64,000 bases of DNA, taken from contig JANXAJ010000001.1 of the NCBI GenBank assembly GCA_025062295.1, positions 36,167 to 100,166 on the forward strand. The letters are read 5' to 3'. Both the position numbers and the translations under genes were made by a program. Shown here piece after piece: positions 17,495 to 26,647 of the stretch. The DNA is from Bacteroidia bacterium. GTDB taxonomy: Bacteria > Bacteroidota > Bacteroidia > SpSt-205. The notes under the pieces were generated by a model, which did no database searches, had not been told where the DNA came from, and saw only the letters and a list, made by a program, of their open reading frames with translations. How positions within the stretch are numbered: position 1 is the stretch's first letter; the number at the start of each line of letters is the position of its first letter.

Positions 17495-19986
17495 AAGAGA
17501 GCAAAGTCGCAGGAATGGCAAGCCTGAAGGTCTTTTGTCATGGGGAATGCTGAACTGCCCTTCGGCAGTCCCTGGGCTATGTAAGAGCGGATTGTCTCCC
17601 ATACTTGGGCTATGCAGGGAAGCACCTCTTGAATCTCTGTCATCTGATAACTTTCATAAGGGAGGCGTTCTATTTGTGTGGGTCGGCGCGCTGGTCGCCA
17701 CCAGAGAGAAACTAAAGCGATTTTGTCGGGGGCTCTTCCCTTTGCATGGAGCATCCAAGCATAAAGAAGGATTTGGAAAAGTGAGTCTCGGTATGCCTCC
17801 CCAGCTTGGTAAGCTGAGTTCTGTAGGGTCCTACAGGAGGATTGGAGAGCCTCTGTTAGCTTTTTAGGGTCAGAAGCCTCTTTGGAAATGGCGGTCTTGA
17901 AGTCCAGCAATACTCGCTTCTCTTCACATACGCCTGAAAAGGGGTCTATACACTTTGCCTCTATAAGAAGGTCAACTCGTCCTTCAAATCCACAAGACTT
18001 GTCAGAAATGGTCATCTCAGGAAAAACTTGACAGTAGGTGTGTCGGTAAAGTCTAAGGAGATGCTGGCGTAAGGGTGAAAGTGAGGTCCTATCATAGAGA
18101 AGAGCGAGGAGTGTGTGAAGCAAAGGCTGACCTGCTCCTGCAAGTAAGGGGCGCAAGAGATGATAGCGACGATTCCACTTGAGAGGGAGATGAGAAAGAC
18201 GGTAGTATAGTCGCCTTTTGCTGAGACGATGAGCAAGGCGATAGAGAGAAAAGGAAGAGGATGGACGACGGAAAGCACTTCCAATCAGCTCATGAAGGAG
18301 TCGCCCAAGATAAGGAGCCTCCTTTAGAGAGCGGTCTTTCAATACCTGAGACCAATAGAAGCGGCGAGGACACACAAGAAACTGAGCTGCGTAAGAAGGA
18401 GAAAGCAGGGCAGGTGGCGATTCTATTCTTTCTCCCTCTATTGGATGGGAGGAAGGGAGTCGTACAGGTGTCCCTTGAGATATGTGGGGCTTCTCAAAGG
18501 TAGTTTCCAATCCAAAATAGTCCTTGTAAATGAGGAACTCCTCCACGGCAGAGATGTAGGCAGGGTCGCTGCGGCGCCAGATATGAATTTCTTTGCTTCC
18601 CCAGAGGAGCAAGCTCAAGAGACGCCAAGCCAGCTGGTGATGACGCTGAGGGGGATAAAAAAGCCGACGGACTGACGGAATCCAAAAGCTTGGACGATGC
18701 CATGAACCTAATGGCTCGGTAGGAGGTTCTATGATAAAAAGAGCATCATAGCATCCACCCGCTAACTGGGTCAGCCTTCCAATATAGACCTGTACCTCTG
18801 CTGGAAATAAAAGCTCCGACATGCTTTGGCTCTGAAGGAGGTGAAGGAGGATCTGCCACGCCTCCTGCTGAGGGGCTGCAAGTCGCTTTTGAACTACCTT
18901 ATACAGGTGCATAACCCACTGTTCAGCTGGGCTCTCAAGTGTGGCATCAATCTCAGGCCACTCAGTAAGAGTGCCCGCAAGTCCAGCTGGCATGAAATTC
19001 CGAAGGAATTGTCCGACTTGCGTAGTTTCCCAGAGGGAGGAAGATTCAGGAGAGAGTTTTTCTTTTCCTATAGCGGCTAAAAAGAACCGAAGTAGAGGCG
19101 CTCCTTCTCCTTCACACCAGACGCCAATACGCCCATCGGGATGCGCTTGGAAGTAGTTGATTATCGCTTCAGCGGCTTCCTTTATGACCTCTAAGAAGGT
19201 GCTTTGGGATTGAATAGAAACCTTTCTCTCACAAGAAGGCCAGCAGAAGGTCTTATGAGGCAAAGGGCTGCTTTCCCATACCTCAGGCAAAGCCTTGCGA
19301 AGGGGATGAAGGTCCCATCCCCACACTTCGGCGCCTCGTTCAGGGGCAAGGCGTAGAACCGCCTCCATCAGAGGAAAGGAGCTGTACAAGTGAATGAAGA
19401 TGGTTTTCTCCCACCGCATGGGGTGGGTAAGGAGACGATGGAGAGCCTCTTCAGCGAAAGCCAAGTCATGTCTTTTCAAATAGTCTTCGTAGGCTCTCAA
19501 AAAGGAGGTAAAGCTTTTCCAGAAAGTACGGGTATAACGAGGAGACTTGTAGGGAAAAGGCAGAAGACGAAGCCAGGTAGGTAGAGAATCACCCTCGTAG
19601 AGATGAAAAGCAGCCTGAATAAGCCGATGCTCTGATAAAAGCGACCAGTATCTATAAGCTTCCTGTATAGAAAGGCTTCCTTGGAGGACCTCCTCCCAAT
19701 CTCGTCCAAAGCGCTGGGCGGCCTCCCACTCTTCAGAAAAGCTTCCCTCAACGGTAATCCCAATTGCTCTCAAGCCTGCCTCATATCCTTCCAGAAGGTC
19801 TATAGGGTTCGGTTGGCGAAGGGAGCACCGCTGCAGTGCCCAAGTATAGATGTCCATGAAAGCAGAGCTTCCTGTTTCTGCGCCGAAGGCCCGAGCTAAA
19901 AATGGATCGGCAGTAACAAATACATACCCTTGGGAGAGGAGCGGTTCTATCCTCTCTCGAGCTTCCGTAGGTAGAATGCCCTTCAT
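17476..19986 (-). CDS. AddB-like PD-(D/E)XK nuclease family protein with C-terminal 4-Cys Fe-S nuclease domain
   Basis: C-terminal motifs in order: VCPRRFY (Cys-1), GRVDLLIEA (motif II Asp), LLDFKTA (D/E-x-K), QILLYAW (QxxxY), CHSCDFALLC (Cys-2/3/4). The N-terminal ~550 aa has no Walker A. 836 aa. Confidence 0.6.
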   Translation of the reverse strand: MKGILPTEARERIEPLLSQGYVFVTADPFLARAFGAETGSSAFMDIYTWALQRCSLRQPNPIDLLEGYEAGLRAIGITVEGSFSEEWEAAQRFGRDWEEVLQGSLSIQEAYRYWSLLSEHRLIQAAFHLYEGDSLPTWLRLLPFPYKSPRYTRTFWKSFTSFLRAYEDYLKRHDLAFAEEALHRLLTHPMRWEKTIFIHLYSSFPLMEAVLRLAPERGAEVWGWDLHPLRKALPEVWESSPLPHKTFCWPSCERKVSIQSQSTFLEVIKEAAEAIINYFQAHPDGRIGVWCEGEGAPLLRFFLAAIGKEKLSPESSSLWETTQVGQFLRNFMPAGLAGTLTEWPEIDATLESPAEQWVMHLYKVVQKRLAAPQQEAWQILLHLLQSQSMSELLFPAEVQVYIGRLTQLAGGCYDALFIIEPPTEPLGSWHRPSFWIPSVRRLFYPPQRHHQLAWRLLSLLLWGSKEIHIWRRSDPAYISAVEEFLIYKDYFGLETTFEKPHISQGTPVRLPSSHPIEGERIESPPALLSPSYAAQFLVCPRRFYWSQVLKDRSLKEAPYLGRLLHELIGSAFRRPSSSFSLYRLAHRLSKRRLYYRLSHLPLKWNRRYHLLRPLLAGAGQPLLHTLLALLYDRTSLSPLRQHLLRLYRHTYCQVFPEMTISDKSCGFEGRVDLLIEAKCIDPFSGVCEEKRVLLDFKTAISKEASDPKKLTEALQSSCRTLQNSAYQAGEAYRDSLFQILLYAWMLHAKGRAPDKIALVSLWWRPARRPTQIERLPYESYQMTEIQEVLPCIAQVWETIRSYIAQGLPKGSSAFPMTKDLQACHSCDFALLCDRLS

Positions 19987-20891
19987 TTCACTTGGAACTG
20001 ACCCCGCCCAATTTCTATCCCCTCACAGAAGACAGCAACTTGGTAGACTCCTTTATGAAGTTCTTGGTCGGTCGGTCGGTCATAAATTGCACATACTTCT
20101 TGGCTAATTCTATTGTAGTTGAATGAAACTTTGGCTGAAAAAGGCTGTTCTGTATCCATAAGCGTGAAATACCCGCTTGATTGAGCGAAGTTAGTGAGCG
20201 TTTTATTTGTCGGATCCGAGATAACGAGATATGCGGTGCGCTCGCCGGGTTCCGCCACTTCATTTTCTAATACCGTAAAGCAGATTTTGAGCCGCTGGAT
20301 TCGCCGAGCACGAAATTCTGTATCCCAGTCTTCTTTTCCGTTTTCCCGGATAGCAGCGAAACGAAAGCCAATGGCTTTGAGATAAGAAGCAGCTTTGACC
20401 TTGATTTCTAAGCGTTCTTTTTCTTGGAGGACTTGACGAGTCTCGCTTTCTTTACGCTCAATCTGCCTTTCCAGCTCAGCAGTCCGAGCCCTTAGGCGTT
20501 CATTTTCTTCTTCAAGCTGGCGGATACGCTCTTGATACTTCTGAATGTAGTAGGCCATCTGCTCGGTCTTATAACGCATTTCTTCTGCTTGTCGGGCAGA
20601 AATGCGTCCCTGTTCTTCGTACTGGCGGATTTTTGCCTTGGCTCGCTCTAACTCCTTAGCCAGCTCTTCGACTTTTCGGCTTTTCTCTGAAAGCTCTAAG
20701 TCTTTACGCTCAAGCTCCTGCTGCATTGCCAAGATGCGCTCGTCTAAAGCCTGGATGTTCGCTTCTAACTCGGTCTTCTCCTGTTCTAAAGCTGAGGTTT
20801 GCTTTTGCGCTTTCCGAAGCTGCCAGTATAGTACCCCGGCCGTGATAGAAAGCAGGACGATTAGAATGCCTGCGATGAGCCCTTGACGCAC
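19983..20891 (-). CDS. Membrane-anchored coiled-coil protein with globular C-terminal domain (unknown function)
   Basis: One N-terminal TM (IAGILIVLLSITAGVLYW), ~130 residues of heptad-rich E/K/R/Q coiled coil, then a ~140-aa globular domain. The stop overlaps the start of the nuclease gene (ATGA). Confidence 0.5.
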   Translation of the reverse strand: MRQGLIAGILIVLLSITAGVLYWQLRKAQKQTSALEQEKTELEANIQALDERILAMQQELERKDLELSEKSRKVEELAKELERAKAKIRQYEEQGRISARQAEEMRYKTEQMAYYIQKYQERIRQLEEENERLRARTAELERQIERKESETRQVLQEKERLEIKVKAASYLKAIGFRFAAIRENGKEDWDTEFRARRIQRLKICFTVLENEVAEPGERTAYLVISDPTNKTLTNFAQSSGYFTLMDTEQPFSAKVSFNYNRISQEVCAIYDRPTDQELHKGVYQVAVFCEGIEIGRGQFQVK

Positions 20892-20908
20892 ACAGCAAAG
20901 TTAGGACT

Positions 20909-21475
20909 TTGGAAGGGCGTCTCTTTTTTGTTAGGATAGATGTGCCTATCGCCATTCTATCAGCTACCCATCGTCCTCACAGTTATACTCGTCGGATTGC
21001 CCTCTATGTAGCGCGCCGATTGGAGGCAAAAGATTATACCTACCAATTTATTGATTTCCAAGCTCTCCCTCGAGAGTTTCTCTTCTCAGACCTTTTTGGT
21101 GAGCGTTCCGAGCGTTTTTTGCCTATGATAGAAGCCCTGGCCCAGTGTTCTTCCTGGATATGGGTGGTTCCAGAATACAATGGAAGCTTTCCTGGAGTGG
21201 TGAAAGTCTTTATTGATGCGCTGCCTCGCGAGGTTTTCAGAGGTAAACGAGCAGGGCTAATTGGGGTATCAGATGGTCGTTTTGGGAATCTTCGAGGTTT
21301 GGAGCATTTGATGGGTATCTTGCATTACTGTGGGATGGAGGTTGCTCCTTTTCGGGCTCATTTGATGCGTATCCAGTCTCACTGGAATGAAGAGGAAGGT
21401 CGTCCCGCCTCGGTGCTTGAAGAGGAGATTGAGACGTTTTTGGAACGGTTTCTCCCTGCGCCTATTACTGCTTGA
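20909..21475 (+). CDS. NAD(P)H-dependent FMN reductase family (flavodoxin-like fold)
   Basis: IAILSATHRPHSYTRRIA...WIWVVPEYNGSFPGVVKVFIDAL pattern. A GTG near 20940 is an alternative start. Confidence 0.6.
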   Translation: MEGRLFFVRIDVPIAILSATHRPHSYTRRIALYVARRLEAKDYTYQFIDFQALPREFLFSDLFGERSERFLPMIEALAQCSSWIWVVPEYNGSFPGVVKVFIDALPREVFRGKRAGLIGVSDGRFGNLRGLEHLMGILHYCGMEVAPFRAHLMRIQSHWNEEEGRPASVLEEEIETFLERFLPAPITA

Positions 21476-21496
21476 GATTCTTTACATTTGCGTAGC

Positions 21497-21578
21497 GCCG
21501 AAGTGGCGGAACTGGTAGACGCGCACGTTTCAGGGGCGTGTGGGGTTTCCCGTGTGGGTTCGAATCCCACCTTCGGCA
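21497..21578 (+). tRNA. tRNA-Leu (anticodon CAG), type II with long variable arm
   Basis: Acceptor GCCGAAG/CTTCGGC. Anticodon stem CACGT/GCGTG with loop TTCAGGG (U33, CAG, G37). T arm GTGGG-TTCGAAT-CCCAC. Discriminator A. CCA not encoded. Confidence 0.85.
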
Positions 21579-21602
21579 CTCAATCCCCCCTATCTTTGTC
21601 CA

Positions 21603-22115
21603 GTGATTCCCCCTCTGTATGTTGAGTGGCAGCACAAGGCTTTGAGCATCTTTCTTCAGAAAAAGGCTCTATATGGAGAAAGCTGGCGTGAGCTCTCCCT
21701 TCCCTCTTTTACAGACCTTCTATATATCAAAGCAAGTCGGATCCGAACTCTCCTGCAGGGGGACAGCCCCTCAGCTACGGGAGAGTCGCCTACAGCTGAC
21801 TGGCTGGCTTTGGTAAATTATGCGGCTTTGGCTCTGGCGAAACTGCGAGATTTAGAACCCCAAACCGCGCTCCCCCAATTGTATGAAGAGGCTCAAGCAC
21901 TCCTTGAAAAGAAAAATGCAGACTATGGCGATGCTTGGCAGCACCTTCGTCCCCTTGCCTTTATTGAATTCATCCTCATGAAGCTGGCACGCATTCGCCA
22001 AATGGATAGCAATCCCCAGAGTCATGCCCTTGCAATCACTGACAATCTGTTTGATGTTGTTAACTACGCCCTTCTTTACCTGAGTCGATATGGAGATCCG
22101 CTTGCTGCCCCTTAA
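21603..22115 (+). CDS. Conserved hypothetical protein (DUF1599-like?)
   Basis: The ORF-track start (21540) lies inside the tRNA; the in-frame GTG at 21603 is the first plausible start. Helical protein with no confident domain call. Confidence 0.35.
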   Translation: MIPPLYVEWQHKALSIFLQKKALYGESWRELSLPSFTDLLYIKASRIRTLLQGDSPSATGESPTADWLALVNYAALALAKLRDLEPQTALPQLYEEAQALLEKKNADYGDAWQHLRPLAFIEFILMKLARIRQMDSNPQSHALAITDNLFDVVNYALLYLSRYGDPLAAP

Positions 22116-22722
22116 GGTGTGGGTGCGGATGGGGATATGGGCTGTTGTGCTTCATACCATCGGAGCACTTTTGATTGATTTTATAATGTGGAAAAGTGGA
22201 GTTGTGTATGAAGTAATGGCGGGCCAGCTCCTTCTTTTAGCTGGAGGGGTCTGGCTTCTAATCGTACTCTTTGTGATTTTAGTACGATTGCGACGATCAG
22301 GATATTTAGACCCTTTGCGGATTATTCTCTGGAGCATAGGTGTGAGTGTGAGCAGTGCCCCTCTCAAGGCGCTGGGAGAGAAGGGTATAGAACCTCTCCT
22401 CCAGGCAGAATATGAAGCCTATCCTCTTCAGCGGGCGCGTGCTCTGCGAGCCTATTTCCAAGCTCAGTCTGAAAGCGGACGTGCCCACCTCTCCCCTGAG
22501 AAGCAAGAGGAAATCATCCAAATGCAAACTCAACTCTATTTAGCTTATCGGGAGCGTCAGCAGCACCTTGGCTCTGTGATTATGGACCGCCTTAAGGTTT
22601 TAGGGATACTCGGTACTGTCTATGGACTCATTTTAGGGCTTCTCTTGCGCGGGGGTGGAAGCGTAGAACTACCTGCGAAAGCTCTTCAGGCAAAATCTGA
22701 AGGTAATGCTGCGTCGTCGTGA
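22090..22722 (+). CDS. Hypothetical membrane protein
   Basis: Three to four predicted TM segments. Its 3' end overlaps the convergent xerD 3' end. Confidence 0.35.
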   Translation: MEIRLLPLKVWVRMGIWAVVLHTIGALLIDFIMWKSGVVYEVMAGQLLLLAGGVWLLIVLFVILVRLRRSGYLDPLRIILWSIGVSVSSAPLKALGEKGIEPLLQAEYEAYPLQRARALRAYFQAQSESGRAHLSPEKQEEIIQMQTQLYLAYRERQQHLGSVIMDRLKVLGILGTVYGLILGLLLRGGGSVELPAKALQAKSEGNAASS

Positions 22723-23527
22723 GTGAGGCGTGCCCTAAGAGTCGCTGAAGGTAGGCAATATCCATCCCTGCTAAAAGTAGATGAGTTGCGTAACTGTGGC
22801 GAAGGGCATGGGGACTAATTGGGCGTCCTAAGCCTGTAAGGTGGGCTGCTTCACGAACAATCATAAAAGCCTGTACTCGTGTCAGTGCCCCTCCTTTCTG
22901 GCTAAGAAGAAGGTAATTTGATTCCCTTTTATTCGGGGAAGCGGTGCGCAGAGGCAGATATGCCTGCAGAGCAGCCTCTACTGAGCGTCCATAGGGCACC
23001 CAACGAACTTTTCCGCCTTTGCCCCGAATCATGAGCATTTGCTGAGAGGCATCTATGTCTTCCAGCGTAAGCGCGCAGGCTTCGCTGACTCGGAGTCCGC
23101 TCCCATATAGCAGCTCTAATAGCAGTTTATTTCGCCAGCCATGTCGTCGCTCTGTGGGGTAGTTATCTAACAATTGTCGCACTTCTTCCGGAGTGAGGTA
23201 AGTAGGTACCTTCCGCCAGAAGCGTGGATTTTCCCAAAAATTAGACCAATCCTCTGAGAGATATCCGAAATCATAGAGATAGCGGAGGAGACTTCGGAGG
23301 GATGCCAGTTTCCGAGCGAGAGTGATAGTTTGCCATTCTTGCATCTTACTTAGGAGAGCTAGCTTTGCTTCTAAGGCCGTGCGCGTGAGCGCCTCTCCTA
23401 TGAATGGAGCCATATCACGAGCGTAGGCTTCACAGGTGGCTGCTCTAAGGCCTCTCTCCACGCGCAGATACTGAACCCACTCATTCACAATACTTTTGGA
23501 AAGATGAAGCGCATCCGCATTCTCCAT
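22628..23527 (-). CDS. xerD: Site-specific tyrosine recombinase XerD
   Basis: Motifs LLYGSGLRVSEACAL, HALRHSYATHLL, LLGHASLTTTQHYLQ. Start placed at MENADALHL (ATG 23527); 300 aa. Confidence 0.8.
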   Translation of the reverse strand: MENADALHLSKSIVNEWVQYLRVERGLRAATCEAYARDMAPFIGEALTRTALEAKLALLSKMQEWQTITLARKLASLRSLLRYLYDFGYLSEDWSNFWENPRFWRKVPTYLTPEEVRQLLDNYPTERRHGWRNKLLLELLYGSGLRVSEACALTLEDIDASQQMLMIRGKGGKVRWVPYGRSVEAALQAYLPLRTASPNKRESNYLLLSQKGGALTRVQAFMIVREAAHLTGLGRPISPHALRHSYATHLLLAGMDIAYLQRLLGHASLTTTQHYLQILPEELSQVVLRFHPRAREALK

Positions 23528-23962
23528 GGTCCAAATATACCTTATATCGGAAGAGGGCGAGAGCCGCAGTGGTATGGCACCTCTCCATGGGATGAGTTTC
23601 AGAGTAAGCTTCAGGCGAAATATGCTCATGTTGCTATCCTTGAGGCTCTTGAAAGTCCCTACGAAGGGCGACTCATAGAATGGGTCTGGGAAATAGACAA
23701 GTATGATGGATTGATTATTAATCCCGGAGCCTTAGCTCATACCAGTTATGCTCTGTATGATGCCCTCCGAGGCTGTGGAAAGCCGTGTATTGAGGTCCAT
23801 TACAGTCAAGTTTATCGGCGGGAGCGCTTTAGGCAGCGCCTTCTCACCGCTAAGGCTTGCATGGGGGTCATTAGCGGACTGGGGTGGTTAGGCTATGAAC
23901 TTGCCCTTGTTGCCCTTTTGCGTCAGGAGGGGATCACTTCTATCTCTCTTGATTGGGATTGA
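23504..23962 (+). CDS. aroQ: 3-dehydroquinate dehydratase, type II
   Basis: MKRIRILHGPNIPYIGRGREPQWYG... LIINPGALAHTSYALYDAL... IEVHYSQ pattern. The 5' end overlaps the xerD 5' end by 24 bp on the opposite strand. Confidence 0.75.
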   Translation: MKRIRILHGPNIPYIGRGREPQWYGTSPWDEFQSKLQAKYAHVAILEALESPYEGRLIEWVWEIDKYDGLIINPGALAHTSYALYDALRGCGKPCIEVHYSQVYRRERFRQRLLTAKACMGVISGLGWLGYELALVALLRQEGITSISLDWD

Positions 23963-24897
23963 GGGGCTTTCAGAAGCCCAAGAAAGTGCAAGTAATATGC
24001 GACTCCCATCGCTATTAGGCAGCTTCCCATGAGTCCCAGCCCAATCAGCAAATAAGGATTGAGAGTATCAGGGTATACAGGCTCATATGGAGGTTGAATC
24101 ACAAAGATCGGTGTGGGATAAATGCGAATAAAATCTTCCCGACGGACTTTTTCCTCCATCAGGTTTGTGTAGATGTGCTGAAGCCTTACAAGGCGGGTCT
24201 CCATACTGAGGACCTTATCGTAATGGGCAAAGGCCTCCAGGGTAGGTATCAAGGGAGAGCGAACAGATTGCTCACTACCCCCAGTTATGATTTTATATTG
24301 AGTGCGCAGACGCGAAAGCTCTTCTTCAATGCGCCGAACTTCCCTGAGAAGCTCTTCAAGTTGCCGCTGAGTCTCAGCCAAGGCTTTCTCCATCCCAATG
24401 ATTTGTCGGCAAAAATTTTCGGTTCGTCTCAGAAGGAAAAGGGTAATCTCATACGCCATGCGTGGTACCCTATCATATACTTGAACCAGAATAGTCGCAT
24501 TTCTCGTGATGCGGACCTGTATATTCTGCTCCAGAATCCGTTGGATTTTCTTTGATCTTTTTTGCTCATCGGTCAGATGACTGATCTCATAGTGTGAATA
24601 AAGGTTGAATGTATCTATGAGCTCTCTGTACAGGGAGAAAGAATGGAGATAGCTATATATTCGCTCTAAATCACTTGCGCTTCCTGGTACTAAGGCTGCT
24701 TTCTCAAGCAGGGGGGAGGCCAGCTTGAAGTCTGGAGGTACAAATTCCATTTCGCATTTATAAACTTTTGGGAATGAGAAGACGGCATACGATAGGATGG
24801 CGGTTGATACGAGGATGAAAAGGGCTATTCCCTTCCAATACAGGATAACAACGCGAAAAAAGTGAGTTATAGAAGAGAAGGGAGGTTTGTCTTTCAT
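23923..24897 (-). CDS. Polysaccharide chain-length-determinant-like (Wzz/PCP-like) membrane protein, paralogue 1
   Basis: N-terminal TM, central coiled-coil region, C-terminal TM (LLIGLGLMGSCLIAMGVAYYL). Shares the CEMEFVPP... block with the adjacent paralogue. Confidence 0.4.
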   Translation of the reverse strand: MKDKPPFSSITHFFRVVILYWKGIALFILVSTAILSYAVFSFPKVYKCEMEFVPPDFKLASPLLEKAALVPGSASDLERIYSYLHSFSLYRELIDTFNLYSHYEISHLTDEQKRSKKIQRILEQNIQVRITRNATILVQVYDRVPRMAYEITLFLLRRTENFCRQIIGMEKALAETQRQLEELLREVRRIEEELSRLRTQYKIITGGSEQSVRSPLIPTLEAFAHYDKVLSMETRLVRLQHIYTNLMEEKVRREDFIRIYPTPIFVIQPPYEPVYPDTLNPYLLIGLGLMGSCLIAMGVAYYLHFLGLLKAPQSQSREIEVIPS

Positions 24898-25940
24898 AAG
24901 TTTGTGAATGCTGCAATGGATGCCGGGGAATCCATGTGTTTTTTTAGATAATGAAGGTAGAAGCTAAGGAGAGAAAGAAGAAGGAAAGTTACCGTAGCGC
25001 TGAGAGCTATCCATAGACTGGGACGAGGATAAGCTGGGATTTTAGGAGGGGTAGGAGGCTGAATGACCCACAATTTATCTCTATAGATGAGAAAGTGATG
25101 CGCTCTTTCCAAGCGGTATGAGGTCAGCTTAGATTTTAGTTCAATTAGGTGGGCGAGTGTGCGTTCTAAAGAAGCGACCTCATCATAGTGAGAGAGGGCT
25201 TCGGGAGTGCGCGAATCCCGAAAGCTAAGGTTCAATCGCCCAGCATCTGTCTGCATCAAGGTTACAATCCCATAGGAGCGACGAAGGGCAGAGAGTTTTC
25301 TATTAATCCCTTCTATTTCTTTATCCAAGAGCATTTCTGCTTCTGTAACCTGAACCGATATGGAACGGTCTTTGGTAAAAAACTCTATTTGCTCACGAAT
25401 CTTATCCAGCACAAATAGAGCCATACGATACGCATACATGGGGTCTTGGTCAAGAATGGAGAAGTGGAGGGTTGAGTTCCGAGTGATGCGAAAGCTGGTT
25501 CGGGACTTGAGCTCGGCGGCGAGGGCTCTGAGGAGACGAGTAGAGTCAGCTATATGGTTGAGCTTATAGTGTTCAGCCAAACGAAAACTGTCTATGACTG
25601 CTGACCAGAGAGCAGAGGACTGAAGATAGCTAAAAAACCGCTCCATGTCCGTAGGAGTGGCTGGAGCAAGCATAGGAGGAAGGTAAGATAGCCGTTCCAG
25701 CGATGGAGGCACGAACTCTACTTCACAGCGATACTCTTTAGGCTGTAGAAATTGCCAAAGCCCCACGGCGAGGCTTACCCCTAATGTTCCACCTATGATC
25801 CACTTCCACGAAGTGAGCCAACTTCTTAGATAGGGGTGTAGTAGGGGGGGAAGCCAAAGGCTCAGTTTATCCCACACCCTACAAAGGTAAGAGCACGAGT
25901 GAATAGGGAAAAAGTAGTTATTTTGATTTGTGCGTCGCAT
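24894..25940 (-). CDS. Polysaccharide chain-length-determinant-like (Wzz/PCP-like) membrane protein, paralogue 2
   Basis: Same architecture and collinear similarity to paralogue 1 (CEVEFVPPSLERLS..., C-terminal TM). Start placed at MRRTNQNN. Confidence 0.4.
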   Translation of the reverse strand: MRRTNQNNYFFPIHSCSYLCRVWDKLSLWLPPLLHPYLRSWLTSWKWIIGGTLGVSLAVGLWQFLQPKEYRCEVEFVPPSLERLSYLPPMLAPATPTDMERFFSYLQSSALWSAVIDSFRLAEHYKLNHIADSTRLLRALAAELKSRTSFRITRNSTLHFSILDQDPMYAYRMALFVLDKIREQIEFFTKDRSISVQVTEAEMLLDKEIEGINRKLSALRRSYGIVTLMQTDAGRLNLSFRDSRTPEALSHYDEVASLERTLAHLIELKSKLTSYRLERAHHFLIYRDKLWVIQPPTPPKIPAYPRPSLWIALSATVTFLLLSLLSFYLHYLKKHMDSPASIAAFTNL

Positions 25941-26625
25941 TGTGATTGCGATAGATGGATATGCAGCGACAGGGAAAAGCACAACGGCTCGGGGAGTGGC
26001 AGATGTATTAGGGTATCTCTATATTGATTCTGGAGCGATGTATCGTGCGGCAGCGTGGTACCTCTGGCAAAAGGGCATACGCTGCTTGGAGCAAATGGAA
26101 GAGAAGACTCTTATAGGACTTTTTCAGGACTTCAGCTTAGAGATGCGGCAAGAGGGGAGAGGGGTCAAGCTTTCTTTACAGGGGCGACCCTTAGGGGAGG
26201 AGCTTCGCAGGCCTGAGATTGGTCAGCTTGCTAGCTTAGTCGGTACAGTAGCATGGCTTCGAGAACGGCTTGTTGCAGAGCAGCGGCGGCTGGGGGAAAA
26301 GGGGGGAATTGTCATGGATGGGCGGGACATTGGTACGGTGGTCTTTCCTGAAGCCCCTCTCAAAGTCTTCATGAAAGCTGCTTTAGAGACGCGTGTAGAG
26401 CGTCGCTATCAAGAGTTAGCGGCGCAAGGGCTTCAAGTTAGCCGCTCTCATATTCAAGCCGAGCTATTGGAGCGGGACTACCGAGATGAACATCGTCCGT
26501 TAAGTCCCCTTCGTCCAGCACCCGATGCTCGGCTATTAGACACCACCTCTCTCACCATCCCCGAGCAAATCGCAATTGTTCTTCGTTGGGCTGAGGAGCT
26601 TATCTACGCGCCTCTAACCTCCTAA
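25930..26625 (+). CDS. cmk: Cytidylate kinase
   Basis: P-loop IAIDGYAATGKST and CMP/dCMP kinase collinearity. GTG start at 25930, or at 25942. Confidence 0.85.
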   Translation: MRRIVIAIDGYAATGKSTTARGVADVLGYLYIDSGAMYRAAAWYLWQKGIRCLEQMEEKTLIGLFQDFSLEMRQEGRGVKLSLQGRPLGEELRRPEIGQLASLVGTVAWLRERLVAEQRRLGEKGGIVMDGRDIGTVVFPEAPLKVFMKAALETRVERRYQELAAQGLQVSRSHIQAELLERDYRDEHRPLSPLRPAPDARLLDTTSLTIPEQIAIVLRWAEELIYAPLTS

Positions 26626-26647
26626 AAAGTTTATATCTTCGTCTTTC

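Noticed and set aside
21540-21602. ORF-track N-terminus of the 21540..22115 ORF
   Set aside because: It overlaps the tRNA-Leu gene. The start was moved to the in-frame GTG at 21603.
22628-23527. Tyrosine recombinase ~1 kb from tRNA-Leu as a marker of an integrated island
   Set aside because: The protein carries the full XerD motif set and sits next to aroQ as in many Bacteroidota. The intervening genes are small conserved hypotheticals, and no direct repeat of the tRNA 3' end was seen.
23504-23962. Possible active-site substitution in AroQ (IEVHYSQVYRRE versus the usual IEVHLSNIHAREEFR)
   Set aside because: Residue numbering cannot be verified without an alignment. The general base His in the E-x-H context is present.
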